Shown here: in pieces, positions 1 through 13,384 of the stretch
Layout: the number at the start of each line of letters is the position of its first letter
How positions within the stretch are numbered: position 1 is the stretch's first letter
From: Octopus sinensis
Taxonomy: Eukaryota
Direction of reading: 5' to 3'
Length of the DNA: 64,000 nt
Assembly: GCF_006345805.1 (NCBI RefSeq)
Contig: NC_043000.1
Location: forward strand, 140,492,001 to 140,556,000
The notes under the pieces: generated by a model
Database searches by the model: none
What the model saw: the letters and a program-made list of their open reading frames with translations, nothing else
What the model was told of the DNA's origin: nothing
Made by a program: the position numbers and the translations under genes

Positions 1-1145
1 TTGATGTTAACATGAACAGTCAGATATGGACAGGAGGTCATACATGTGAGATATGACTCAGAAATAAACCTTACAGAATAACACAAAACTACGTACATAT
101 ACTGGCAAACGGAATAAAGCAGCTAAGAATATCTCTACCTTTACTTTGTTTTTCATTTTCTGCATTGATGCTTTGAAAAGTTTCAAATCTGATTGATCAA
201 TCCAAAAACAGTATTTTATTGATTTGTAACTGAATTCAATACAATTTTACTTCACTTTCTGTTACTGCTATTATTTATTATCATTTTCTTTCTATGCATT
301 ATTTTTGTCTTGTTTTTAATTACACATTCTGAGTTAAACCTTCCTTTTAATCAATCAATTTAGATAAGAAGATTTTCTTTCTTCCACGACATGTTCTCAT
401 TCTTGTAGACATGCTTGATATAGAGAAATGTCATACATATTCCAATATAAAAGAAAAATAATTATCTAATCCTTTGTAATTAAGTATTTTGATTTCTGTT
501 TTCTTTATATTTACTCATTTAAATCCTTTTTTCTTTTTTATTTAATTTTACAAAGATGTCGGGTTATTATATAGAGAATGCAATTTCTATACCCTTTTTG
601 AAATTAATCAATATTAAAAACAGAAAAATATATTTGGCTATCCACAGATGGCTTAACACAGAATAATCCTTGTGTGTATTAAGATTACTGGTATATACAT
701 AATCTTATTTTAAATGATCTTTTTGTTTCATCCAAACATACTCCTATTTTGCTTAATTTTATTGAGATCTTTTCAATATTTATATTGCAAACTTGTCCAA
801 CCTTAAAAGAATATTTTATGTCAAGGAAAAAAAATTTAAATTAGAAATGCAAACTGAGCTTTGGAACAGAATTGGATATTGGAGAATAAGCTGTGTATTG
901 ATATCATCCGAAAATACAAGAAAGAAATGCCCTAAGGCATTAACCCTAAGGCTGATATAAATGTTCTACTTCAGAGATAGATTTAAAATTCATTTCAAAT
1001 AATCATCATCATCACCACCACCACTACCATCACATCACGACTACCATCATTATCACTACCACCACCAACATCTTTGTCATCATCGTCATCATGATGACCA
1101 TCCTCCTCATCATCAACCCACCACCATTATCAACAGCAACAACAA

Positions 1146-1560
1146 GTGGAGGTGCAATGGCCCAGTGGTTAAGGCAGCGAACTTGCAGTTGGAGGATCAT
1201 GGTTTCGATTCCCAGAACAAGATTTGTGTGTGTTTATTGAGCAAAAACACCTAAAGCTCCACAAGGCTCTGGCAGGGGGTGGTGGCGACCCCTGTTGTAC
1301 TCTTTCACTCTTTCACTCCAGCTTTCTTTCACTCTTTCTTCCTATTTCTTGTCCCTGACTTCCTATGCAACCGCTGAGCCTGGATGCATATTCATCCATC
1401 TGTCGATGCTCTTGGTGTCGGGGGTTGACCTGCTTTCTCTTCTGCGGGTCTTACAAATCGCAAAGGACCACGTTTCAGACTTCTCCTACTACAGAGGCAC
1501 GATCTTGCGAGCTCTGGAACAAAGACCGCTTCGCTCAACAAACAAACAAACAAACAAACA
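1146..1560 (+). mobile_element. tRNA-derived SINE, family C (tail type 1)
   Basis: Head GTGGAGGTGCAATGGCCCAGTGGTTAAGG...GGTTTCGATTCCCAG with Pol III A/B-box-like motifs. Body shared with the 24708 and 41754 copies; ends in (AAAC)n. Confidence 0.85.
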
Positions 1561-1889
1561 GCAAAAACAAGGTAAGAAAATGATAAAAATGCATTGGACT
1601 TAGTCAAATTCAAGTAATTCCTTTCCATTCTAACTTTTGTTTTTCTATGGCCAATGAAATCAGTCATACACCAGAGCTGGTTCAATCAATTATAGGCCTC
1701 ACACACCTTGTGCCTTCATTCCAAAATCAGATTTCTATGGACAAGAATTAATCTAGATGAGACACACTTTGGATATGTACCATGATGAAGTACTACTGAT
1801 ACCATCTCCTGAGGCACATATCATCGGAGGGACCTAGCTACGAATAAGCATCTATGCCCAGTATCTGTTACTCTATGGAAGGTCTCTAA

Positions 1890-2095
1890 CTGGATTTTAT
1901 GCTCAATGATCTGGAAGCTAGGAGTACAGGAATGTAAAAACTATGTATAGAAGCACAGTCAGCAATATGAGGTATAACGATGGGGATAGTGAATTTTTGA
2001 TGAAGATAAGGGTAACTCCAGGATCAGTTCTCGGACCTCTTCTCTTCACTTCAGTTCTCAAAGCTATACAGAGAAGCTTCAGACAGGCTGTCATA
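1890..2095 (+). mobile_element. Degenerate RTE-type LINE reverse transcriptase fragment
   Basis: Translates to ...MKIRVTPGSVLGPLLFTSVLKAI..., matching the GV.QGSVL.PLLF motif and the better-preserved RTE copy at 14 kb. Confidence 0.65.
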
Positions 2096-2139
2096 ATGAG
2101 AAAGCAATTAAACTGTTAACCTAGTACTTAGAACTAAAT

Positions 2140-2302
2140 AGATGCAGAAATGGCTGTGTGGTAAGTAGCTTGGTTGCCAACCACATGGTTCCATGTTCAG
2201 TCCCACTGCATGGCACCTTGGGCAAGTGGCTTCTACTATAGCCGCAGGCTGACCAAAGCCTTGTGAGTGGATTTGGTAGACAGAAACTGAAAGAGGCCTG
2301 TC

Positions 2303-2346
<44 letters not shown>

Positions 2347-2566
2347 GTATGTATATGTTTATGTGTCTGTATTTGTTACCCCACCATCGCTTGACAACCG
2401 ATGTTGGTGTGTTTACATCCCTGTAACTTAGCAGTTCGGCAAAAGAGACCTATAGAACAAGTACAAGACTTACAAAAATAAGTCCTGGAGTCGATTTGTT
2501 TGACTAAAGGCGGTGCTCCAGCATGGCCGGAGTCAAATGACTGAAACAAGTAAAAGAATAAAAGAA
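2140..2566 (+). mobile_element. tRNA-derived SINE, family A (internal (TA)n/(TG)n microsatellite)
   Basis: TGGCTGTGTGGTAAG head, internal microsatellite, tail ending GACTGAAACAAGTAAAAGA; near-identical copies elsewhere in the window. Confidence 0.9.
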
Positions 2567-3059
2567 TTATTGGCTGAAGTTACTGGAGTAGTTTTCCTTG
2601 ATGTTGCTTTTAGCTTTTAAACAAACTAACAGGAGCTTTTGTCTCGAAGAATGCTGGCAACTCAAACTTATCAACACATATTTTATAAGGGTGTGCCTAC
2701 TTATGCATAGTTAGTATATAGAATACTCTCCTGTAGTACGTCACAGTTCCATCGTACATACACATGCACTAACATTTCTACAATGCTTGCATTTCTATAA
2801 TTACTGTTCACTTTTAGCCTTGCCAAGTGAACAAATGTGAGTTGCTGATCAAAACTTCCAAAATTTGGTTTTAAAGACTAAGTTCAATCATATCCGTATC
2901 ATCTTTATTTTACAAATATTTTTTCAATTTTTATACTCCTTTCAGTTATCTCATGTTTAACCTTAGATATTCTGAGAGTGTATTTTCTCTTTTTGCTACT
3001 AATTGGTTCAAAGACTTTTAACTTGATTTATGTGAGACCGTGCCAGTTATGTTTGTACC

Positions 3060-3720
3060 ATGGTTCTGCAGCAAGGTTTTAAGATACTGAGGAATTTCCT
3101 GTTAATGATGCACAGTATCCATAAAAACTTTAGAAACTTGGGGAAATTGATTCTCTCAAATTCCCTGGTGGCTCATTAGAGGCAGTAGATAATTTCTGTT
3201 ACCTAGGGGACCAAATTAGTTGTGGGTGAAGATGCACAGAGAGTGTGATAGCTAGGGAAAGAAATTCAGAGAGCTGTTATCTCTGTTGGCCATGAAAGAT
3301 TTCTCTCACCAAGTGAAAAGAAGATTGTATGATGCATATATACAGACAGCAATTCAACATAGTAGTGAAATGTGGACCCTAAATGTAGAGGAAATGTGAA
3401 GGTTAGAAAGGAATGAAGCTAGTATACTCCACTGGATGTGTAATGTAAGTGCCAGGATTCTGAGAGAGAATTTAGGCATAAGAGGAATTGGTTGCTGTGT
3501 GTAAGAGAGAAGACTGTGCTGCTTTAGTTATGTGATGTGGATGGATGCCAATAGCTCCATAAATAAGTGCTAATCTCTCAAAGTGGATGGAACGTGCGGA
3601 AGTAGGAGATCCAGGAAGACATGGCATGAAGTATGGAGGAATAATCACTGGAACCTGGACCTTTCAGGCAAGATGACAAAGGACCAAGGTACCTGGCACA
3701 TTACTGTACTTGAGAAGACA
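3060..3720 (+). mobile_element. Degenerate RTE-type LINE, C-terminal coding region
   Basis: Translation with stops: LEAVDNFCYLGDQI...RRLYDAYIQTAIQHSSEMW...RLERNEAS...GTCGSRRSRKTW, typical RTE post-RT motifs (F.YLG, YGSETW, RGRP.KTW). Confidence 0.8.
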
Positions 3721-3764
3721 CATACCCAGCAGCAGTTGCGTTAAGATTGATCCTTCTGATGGTA

Positions 3765-3960
3765 TAAAGCACTCATGGCAGTGCCACACAAAAGCACCCA
3801 GCACTCTCTGAGAAGTGGCTGGCATTAGGAAGGGCATCCAGCCATAGAAACCATGCCAAATCAGAATGGAGTCTGGTGCAAACCCACCAGCTTGCCAGTT
3901 CTGCTCACACCACCCATCATATGCCAACATGGATAATGGACGTTAAATGATGATGGTGAT
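3765..3960 (+). mobile_element. Family D repeat tail (ends in (GAT)n)
   Basis: GGCATTAGGAAGGGCATCCAGC...GGACGTTAAATGATGATG, shared with more than 10 copies in the window. Confidence 0.8.
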
Positions 3961-3994
3961 TATATATATACATATATATATATCATCTTCATTT

Positions 3995-4200
3995 AATGTC
4001 CGGTGTCAATGAATGGTTGAATGACTAAATCCAAGTTTCTCTGCTAGTTCCTCAAAAGTTACAATGGGATTTTGTTCCACTGACGTTTGCAGGACGTCTT
4101 CATCGAGCTCTACAGATCTTCTAGGACAAGGCTCATCTTCTAATCTGTAGTTTCCAGTTGGGAATTTCTAGAACACGAAACCATTGGTCACTCTATGACT
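3995..4200 (-). mobile_element. Mariner transposase N-terminal (HTH) fragment
   Basis: Minus strand: KFPTGNYRLEDEPCPRRSVELDEDVLQTSVEQNPIVTFEELAEKLGFSHSTIH, matching the mariner KF.SG..SLEDE.R.GRP...EELA..LG.S.STI pattern. Confidence 0.85.
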
Positions 4201-5713
4201 TGACATATGCTTAACTACATATAAATACATTACTGCTCTATGGTTTAGAGTGTGCTTCTTTTTTGGACATATGATACATTGAGGATATATATATATATAT
4301 ATCATATTCGAGGCTCCAATGAAGCTATAGGATGTTATCCTGGCACTGAACTAAGATTCTATTGCACCTCATTGCAGAAACAGCCGTATGCTAATGAAGT
4401 TCATAACCTTTGTTTTTCTTGTTTCATTTCTTTTTCTTATTACCGCTTTCTCCTCAACCAACACTTTATTCTGTAACATACTTACATTGCGTTCTACACC
4501 AAGTTATTAGTCTCACTATGCCTAAGCAAAATATATATGTTTATATGAATTTTATATGTATTTTTATGCATTTTTCTCCATTTTCGTTTACTTTAAATTT
4601 TGCTTTTTATATATTACATGATATTTATCTCTTACTGGATGGAGTACGTTTTTTTGTGATCCAGCCAGTTACAGGATAGTACATGATGCATAAGTATATA
4701 TTGTATTTTTGACCAAATTAAGAACAACCATCAAACGATGCAATCAAATGTCTTTTCTAAATGTCTATATAGTCTTTGTTTATCACATTCGGTTCCAATA
4801 AGTGCCTGCAATAGCTTCTTGTAGGAACAATTTGAACCTTTGTCTTAATTTTCAGTCTTAATTTTTTTGAGTAAAGGTTACATAGTTTTCTAGTGCACAT
4901 TTGGTTGGATATTCACTGTTGTATAGCAATTATTTCTTGCTGTCACCTTTTGAAAACATTTTGTAATTTCAGCTTAATTTTTGAATATTTTTTTCCTGTA
5001 TTCTTATAGATTTCACTTTCAACTCCTCAGGCTTATTTGGCACTCCTGCTTCTGTTTCATACTTGAAAACCATTTGCTTTCTGCCTATTTTCAATACATT
5101 TGTGTTTTCTTACAATTATTCGCTAATAAATATTGTAGTACCACATCATCATCATCATGTTATGAAGAAGAAATATTAATCACAGATGACAACTTATAAA
5201 CGGTTCGGGAAAAATAAAAAAAGGAAAAATAGAAAATTATCAAAACAAATGACTCAATATAAAAGAATGAAAATGGGGAAAGAGGAAAATTTTTTTTCAA
5301 CATAGCAAAGAAATCCTCAGAAAAATAACTGCAAAAATTAATAAGACAATGGACTAAGATTTTCTTTGAAAGTTAAACACAGTTACAAGACAAAATTACA
5401 CATCTGCATCACCATGTACTTTCTAAAGAATTTATAATGACACAAATCAATTAGGTTCAGAATATAAACAATGTGCAAAGGATAGATTGTTGGTAAAATT
5501 AAACTAAGGCATTATACTCAACTTAATATAGGTTAACCTCAAGACATTGTAAATTTTCAAATGAAATACGTCAAAAGCTGTTTCCTGGCAGATTCAGTTG
5601 CACATGTGTAAAATTTGAGAAATAGTTAAATGAGAAGAATCTTGGAGTGTCCTAATTGAACCTAAACAGTAATCGTTCATGTTTCATTTTCTGTAATTTT
5701 GTTTTATTATATA

Positions 5714-6098
5714 CTAGCAGTATCGCCCGGCATTGCTCGGGTTTGTAAGGGAAATAACTATATAAGCATTTTTAGAGAGTTATAGCCAAAATATAGCAAA
5801 AAATGCATTAAAAATGGAAAAAAAATTATGGTAAATTTTTTAAAAATCGTTGACTCATCGTAGACATTTTTAGAGAGTTATTTCCCTTATATAATAGCGA
5901 AAAAATGCATTAAAATGGAAAAAAATTATGGTAAATTTTTTTTTAAATCGTAGACGCGCGCTAATACCCAGAAGGGCTCGATATGAATCACGACTATAAG
6001 ATACCCGGGTTTGGTTAAACTGCACTGCAAAATGTGGGAGTAGTTAGGAATCTAAATCATAGGAGACAGACACACAACTTCTCCTTTATATATTAAGA
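5714..6098 (-). mobile_element. Non-autonomous Helitron, copy 1
   Basis: Minus strand begins A|TC TTAATATATAAAGG and ends with hairpin CCCGAGCAATGCCGGG + CGATACTG + CTAG|T. Homologous to the 55356 and 61758 copies. Confidence 0.8.
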
Positions 6099-6135
6099 TT
6101 TTATCAAACCTCTTCACTTACTTTTATGCAAGTAT

Positions 6136-6173
<38 letters not shown>

Positions 6174-6183
6174 GGTTTTCGTT

Positions 6184-6395
6184 ATCATCATCATCGTCAT
6201 TGTCATTGGTATCATTTAACACCCATTTCCCAAACAGACAATGAAGCCTGGTGTAGTCCCCAGTCTAACCATCAAACCCATATCAACACCATTGTCTGTT
6301 TTGGCATGGTTTCTATGGCTGGATGCCTCTCCTAATACTAACCACTTTACAGTATCCTTGGCACCAGCACTACCATTTTTTACATGGCACCAGTA
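6184..6395 (-). mobile_element. Family D repeat tail (diverged)
   Basis: (CAT)n followed by TTTAAC...TTTCTATGGCTGGATGCCTCTCCTAATAC. Confidence 0.65.
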
Positions 6396-6724
6396 CAATA
6401 TAGTGACCTCGTATCAAAATACATAACCTTGCAAGTGGGACCAGTTTGAATTTTCTTCAGATGGAGTTGCCCCTCCCACTCAAAAAATCCCTGAATAAGG
6501 GTTGTTTAAATATGATGAATAAAAGACCCATATTTCCAGAGGTGAATTATTCAAATGCCAAAGAATTTCTTTCAATACATGGCTGCTTCCCCAGTACTCC
6601 TGCGCTTGATCAGTAATGCACATATCATCAACCACTAAGGGACTTACTCAATTGGTTGAGATCAGTCAACTGACAAGCAAATCAGCACTATTGAGTAGAA
6701 TATTTGCTCTAGCCGATTATTATT

Positions 6725-7320
6725 AAGGTGGCGAGCTGGCAGAATCATTAGCTGCTGGGCAAAATACTTAGCAGCATTTTGTCCATCCTTATTTTCTGAG
6801 TTCATAGGTTGACTTTGCTTTCTGTTCTTTCAGGATCCATAAAATAAGTACCAGTTATGCACTGGGGTCAATGTAATTAACTAACCCCCTCCAAAAAAAT
6901 TTCAAGTTTTGTAACTATAGTAGAAAGGATTATTATTATAAATGTTTTATCTTCACGTTCTGAGTTCAAATTCTACTGAAGTTGACTTTGCCTTTCCTCC
7001 TTTTGGGGGCAATAAAATAAGTACCAGTTACGTACTGGGTCGATATATTCAACTTACTCCCTCCACGAAATTGCTGGCCTTGTGTCAAAACTTGAAATTG
7101 TTATTATTATTATTACCTGTGCAGAATTGTTAGTGAAAAGCTTAGCAACATTTTGTCTGCTGCTACATTCTGAGTTCAAATTCTGTTGAGGTCGACTTTA
7201 CCTTTCATCCTTTTGGGATCAATTAAATAAGTACCAGTTATGCATTGGGGTCGATGTAATCTACTTAATCCCCTCCTTCAAGCTGCCTTTGTGGCAAAAA
7301 ATTTGAAATCATTGTTATTA
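6725..7320 (+). mobile_element. Three tandem copies of the short family B SINE
   Basis: Units at ~6725, ~6945 and ~7125 each carry TTCTGAGTTC..GACTTT(G/A)C(C/T)TT..AATAAGTACCAGTTA..TGGG(G)TC and end in (ATT)n. Confidence 0.85.
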
Positions 7321-8393
7321 GTACCTGCTGCTAAAATTGTTTAGAATGTACCAAAATTTTGCTCTGATAATTCTTGAAGTTTTAGAAGTATGACTGAAGA
7401 AAGCAGTTTTTATTTTTAGATTTTTATTTCCCTCTGGGGCCTTTACTGAACAAAGTTCACTTCATAATGGCATTAAGCAGCAAGATTGGTTTTTAAAATA
7501 TCTCTATTTTTTATTCTATTTTCTAGCTGTAAGGCAAAAATAGCATCTAGAATTATGGAATATGCTCCTCTATCATAACAAATAACATAGAAAAGGGCAA
7601 AACTGCTGCTAAACAAAACAAAATATTAACACATTAAGGAACACCAAAACAAATAACGAAGAATAAAACAAATAACAACGAATGACAAAAATAACATTTC
7701 TACAAGAATGCATTGTGTGACAAACAGGTTTGATAATGGAAATAACAACAAAAGCGGTATTCTTGCTTGTATTTTAGCACATGAAAATGTAGTGAACAAT
7801 AGCAATGCACCATCATTTGCAAGTACTTTTTTGAACAAAAAACATTTATATATGAAATATTTTACTGAATGATCTCAAGCTTGGCAGTATATCGTCCAGA
7901 AGTGAAGCTTGTGCCTGTGTTGTGGACATTATACAATTCATTGCAAAAAAAAGGAAGTTTGCTTATCTATGTGTTTTCAAGGCCGCAGTGCTTCCCTTGT
8001 TGTGTCTAAACAGGCGTTTGAGACGGACCTATCAGATACTTTGAGTAAAATGCTATTTATTATGAGAAAGTGCATATGACTATGTGCCATCCTGAGAGGG
8101 ATAAAGCACTGGTTCAAATTCTATATAAATTAAATTGCCTTAAATTGGTCCTACAGTATTTGAAAGAAAGGAGCACAATGTCCACTCTCAGAGAAATCAG
8201 AGATGATGGGGACACCTATCAAGCAATTTCCTTTGTAGCTCAGGATGGCCATCTAGATAGCTGATACAGACATGATATTCGGTTGTAATGTGGTTGGGTA
8301 GAACTGCCAACTGTGCAAGACCATAAAATAAACAATATCAGTACTGTGATATGTAGAACTCTGATCTGATGATATTAAAGGGTATACTTGAAT

Positions 8394-8627
8394 GAAGGTG
8401 GCAAGCTGGCAGAAACGTTAGCACACCGGGTAAAATGCTTAGCAGTATTTCGTCTGCCACCATGTTCTGAGTTCAAATTCCACCGAGGTCGACATTGCCT
8501 TACATCCTTTCGGGGTTGATCAAATAAGTACCAGTTACGTACTGGGGACGATATAATCGACTTAATCTGTTTGTCTGTCCTTGTTTGTCCTCTCTGTGTC
8601 TAGCCCCTTGTGAGTAGTAAAGAAATA
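8394..8627 (+). mobile_element. Family B SINE, full length, 23-bp TSD
   Basis: GGTGGCAAGCTGGCAGAAACGTTAGC head and GTTCAAATTCC B-box. Flanked by GATATTAAAGG(G/A)TATACTTGAAT at 8371-8393 and 8628-8650. Confidence 0.92.
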
Positions 8628-8788
8628 GATATTAAAGGATATACTTGAATAATAATCCTGAGATAATAAGATATGGTTTATTTCAGTTCAAGATGGTTTT
8701 CATGATACTGAAAAGAATCAGAGTTTCTACACCAAGTTTAGAGTCTCCAAACATGAAGCAGTTTATAAAGTAAACATAGAATGAAAGA

Positions 8789-8821
<33 letters not shown>

Positions 8822-9639
8822 AAGAGAGAGATAGAGAGAGGAAGAGAAAAACACAGTGAGTGACTAGAAGTTACTTAAAATTATGTTTTCAGAAATAAAC
8901 AGACATCCCCAGTTTAGGTTAAAGCAACAATGAAATGTTATGCAATTCTGTAATTGAATGCATTATTTCACCAGTCATGTTCTGATTATGGAAAGATATT
9001 TGTTTGCTATATGTCTAAATGTTGAAGCCAAATAAATAAGTAGGGACTCAGCTGTCAATGCATTTAGAAATGTTTTGCATCTATTATGAATATTTACTAT
9101 GTTTTGTTTAGAATGTATAATTTATTTTTCCATGTATCCCCAATGACTAGAGACAAGATAGAAGATATAAGAAAAAATCCTGGAATTCATGTACAGAAAT
9201 TCATACTGGGTTTTTATATTTATAACCAAGGTGGAAAATGTAAAAATATCAGAAAGACAAAAAATAGGCTGAAGAATAATGTTGCTTTCTAAAGATGTTT
9301 TAAAAGAATAATTTTAAATGAAATATAGATGGCAGTTAAAAAGTAAATTATAAACTGAAGCATATTGATAGTTATTAGATGATTTATACAGGAATGGAAA
9401 GATAGAATATTTGACTTATATATCTGATAGATATCCTTCTCAAAATTCACTACATGTGCTTTAAGTTGCCTCTAGGTAAGGCACTTAATTCTAATGCTTG
9501 AAGTGAATTTTAGTGAAAAGAAATAGGAATGAAATTTGTTTGCTCTTTAATTCAGAATAGATTTAAAAAAGGTTAATTTTTATTTACTTAGTGCCAGGAT
9601 ATTGCAACAAATCCCTCACTAATACTGATTTAAAATTTT

Positions 9640-10110
9640 GGTAGAAGGCCAGCAATTTCAGATGAGGAGTAAGCCAATGTTTTTTGATCCCAATGCTTAA
9701 CTGATACTTATTTTATCAATCCCAAAGGGATGAAAGGCAAAGTTGGCCTCAGCAGAATTTGAACTCAGAATGTAAAGATGAACAAAATGCCATTAAGCAT
9801 TTGTCTCAGTGTGCTAATGATTCTGCCAGCTCACCATCTTAAACCTCTCACTAATATTACAAGTTCAGTTCACAAGGTGAAGGTAACTCTGTGAAGAAAC
9901 TTGAAATATAATAGTTTCAAATATTTCAAATTTTGGCAGTTTTTGATAGGTGGAGGAAGTCTGGTATTTTACTGATGTTTACTTTATCTACCTCGAAAGG
10001 ATGATAGGCAAAGTCAACCTCAGGGGAGTTTGATCTCAGAAGGTAAAGACAAACAAAATATGCGAGGTGTTTTGTCTGGCATACCGAGGATTCTGCTAGC
10101 TTGCTGCCTT
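9640..10110 (-). mobile_element. Two diverged short family B SINEs
   Basis: Reverse-complement core GGATGA(A/T)AGGCAAAGT..CCTCAG....TTTGA.CTCAGAA occurs twice. Confidence 0.7.
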
Positions 10111-10447
10111 AGAGGAAACTTAAAATATAATAATAAAGACAGGTCATGATGATCATCATTCTTCATCATTTTCATGCAGACTTTTTCGTGCTGGCAAAGG
10201 TTGACTAGAGTTTCTTGAGACAGATTTTTTTACAGCTAGATGTTCTTCCTGTCACCAACCCTCACCTGCTGCCAAGAGACAATATTTTTTTATGGCCAGA
10301 CATGTTCTTGCAGAATACTGGAAAGGAATGGTATGCTTGTATGACAGTGACAACCATTTTACAAGTATCAGGTGATGCTGACACAGGGAGACACAAACAT
10401 ACATACAAACTTCTTATCACACAATCATGCATGCACTTGTCCTCCTT

Positions 10448-10740
10448 ATCATCATCATCATTTAATGTCTGCTTTCCATGCTAGCATGGATTGGACGATT
10501 TGACTGAGGACTGGCGAACCAGATGGCTGTATCAGACTCCAATCTCGATCTGGCAGAGTTTCTACAGCTGGATGCCCTTCCTAATGCCAACCACTTCGAG
10601 AGTGTAGTGGGTGCTTTTATGTGCTACCGGCACGAGAGCCAGTCAGGTGGTACTGGCAACAACCACGCACAAATGGTGTTTTTTATGTGCCACCTGCACA
10701 GGAGCCAGTCCAGCGGCACTGGCAATGACCTCGCTCAGAA
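10448..10740 (-). mobile_element. Family D repeat
   Basis: (CAT)n TTTAATGTCTGCTTTCCATGCTAGCATGG...CAGCTGGATGCCCTTCCTAATGCCAACCAC. Confidence 0.85.
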
Positions 10741-11943
10741 TATCAATGAAAATTAATGACTATTATCTTAAACTGAAAACTTATAAATATTACACTTCTC
10801 ACAACAGATTTGTAAAGAATATTTTTGTACTAGTAGACATGAAAATATAATGATTCAGAGAAAGAAAGACACTACTACTACAAGACAAAAAAAAGATTAG
10901 AAATAAAATACAAAATATGAGGCACCAAATAGAAGAAATAAGAATTTGTTTACAAAGTTGAAAAGTAGTTTGTTAATTTGAGACAAATACATGAATCATC
11001 ATCATAGTCATTTATTTATTAAAAAGAAAATTTAGGTAAAAGCATTTTTTTTTTCAGGATTTAAACTCAGAATATAGAAGATGAAATTAAACATGGTAAG
11101 GTATTCAGTTCAGAATTCTATCATTTTTGCTAATGAATTGCTGCTAACATCAAAATTATAAAGATTAAAAAATAAAAACAATGATGGTGATAATGAATCC
11201 TATAGATCTTCCCACATCACATCATGGTATTGAATTTTGCAGGCCTGCAGAACTCATGCAAGGATGTATAGTTTAAAATAAGATAAATGAATAGTAAATA
11301 TATACACAAGAAAATGCATTTAAAAATATTCGTGTTTTAAGGATATATTTATTCAGACATTAATGAAACTTTAACCCAGAAAGCTACAAAGAAATAACAA
11401 GAAAATTAGTCAAGAAACTTCTCTTCAAAAAGGACTTCCTGTAGAAGAGTTTATTGTTTACTGAAACAAATTCTGTATCATAGATGCACAGGGGTCATCA
11501 TACTCCATCATTGTTAAATGCTTTGAAGCATAGTTTCATTCATTCATTCATTCATTCATTCATTTATTCAACTATTCATTCAGTCTTTCAATGTGACATT
11601 TCAGAAATATCTGTCACTTCATTTGCCTCACTTTCCTTAGTTACTACTTTCTGTCCAACCCCTCCACACAAACACAACCCACACATCATAGACCCTTCAT
11701 CCACAAACACCAGAAACATACTTTATATACTTAAAAGTCACAAGAACTGCTGCCGCAAGTATGACTGAATTCTTTGTCGTATAAATTTAACAAATAACTC
11801 ATTTCAAAATAAACAGCAGTAATTGTATGTAAAAAAAAAGATTGCCTTTTATTTTTTTAAAGACGACTAATTGATAATTTTGTGAAATCAGACAAACTAA
11901 TATAACATTGAAGCGTTTACAAATTATTATTATTATTATTATT

Positions 11944-12197
11944 CAGTAGTTTTATTTTTATAGCGTGCTTTCACTTCACTACCGAGCGCAGATCTGAGTG
12001 CCTTGGGTACGTGCTGTGATTTGTTGTGATGCTCTGATTGTTATTGTATGGAAAGTTTTCTGCGTAGGATGTGTGCAGTGCCTAGTAGTGCAATTTTCTC
12101 TATGTTACATGTGTTTGTAAGTCCTGGTGTTTTTGTTATGTATTTGTCTGAATATTTTTTTATCATGCCTAATGCACCTACTATGATAGGAACTGTT

Positions 12198-12203
<6 letters not shown>
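11944..12203 (-). mobile_element. 3' end of an R4/Dong-type (RLE) LINE inserted in a (TAA)n tract
   Basis: Encodes KTVPIIVGALG...NIEKIALLGTAHILRRKLSIQ*, a C-terminal RLE-domain motif. (TTA)n runs on both sides (~11923-11943 and ~12204-12251). Confidence 0.85.
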
Positions 12204-12241
<38 letters not shown>

Positions 12242-13384
12242 CATTATTATTATACAACCTTTATGGCCAAGAATAACATGCATGATATCTATGATATATT
12301 AATTGACAAATATCTTTCACACCATTGGCAATTACTGTCTGCATCATATGGAATACGTGCATGTTACATATATTCTTATCAAATTCTATGATTTGCTTAT
12401 TAATCATAATTTGAAAAGCTTTCATATAATAAATTGGGAGTTTGTCATTTTGCATCAAGTTACTTCAATTCTTCATACAAGAAATAATAAATGTGACAAA
12501 TTAGTTACCTAATATAGAAGTTAGTATTAGAACAGTGCTTTCTCACATGACATGCGCACACTTCAGCTGCTATATTCCATTAGAAACATCTAAGACTAAG
12601 ACTTTGTAGTAGGAAATACAAAGTACACACCAATTAAAATTTGAGTGAAATACATTAGAAAAAGCTGGATATGGAAGAGAAGAATCTTTTGTAAAATATG
12701 ACAAAGATACCAAAACTATATATATATATATTTTCTATATATAGAAAGGAGAGATTCTGTCTCTTTGTTTGTCCAGCAAACTGAAAGTAAAAGATTCAGA
12801 GGAAGCTATTATGCTTTTTCTATATATATAAAATCAAAATTGTCGCTTTCTCGGACAAAATGAAAGTACCTGGTTCAAGAGGAAGCTTTTATGCTATTGT
12901 CTAATTCGTCTCAACAAAAATTATGCAATGGTATAACACTAATTATCCACAAACTTATGAGGAAATACATTCGCTGCCACACCGTGACACTGAGAATGAT
13001 GGCTTTGTGCCAGTTGATGAGATATTAAAGGTATAGGAGGACAGAGATAGGTGCCTTGCTGTATAGTAGATACATGGATATTCAAGTTGGATAAGAAAGA
13101 TGAGTAAGTTAGAGAATAAGATAGAAAAAGAAGGTGAGTTAGAAAATAAGATAAAAAGTGCAATAGTGAGATAAATGGTGTTGAAGATGTTCTGCAACAT
13201 GCCCTCAAGGGACGGAGTTAGTGAGAATAAGTGAGGTGATACAGAAGTTTGGACTGGGTGAGTGGGCAGGATAGAGGTGATTGTAGCCAATAATGAAGCG
13301 AAATACAAGAGAGTTGAAGAGTGGGGTTGTAGTAGATATGTGAGAGCATTGAGGGTGATAGCTGATAATGATGGAGAGATAAAG

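Noticed and set aside
4310-4410. Hammerhead-like fragments (CCAATGAAG..., GAAACAGCCGTA..CTAATGAAG)
   Set aside because: The core is mutated and stems I-III could not be paired consistently.
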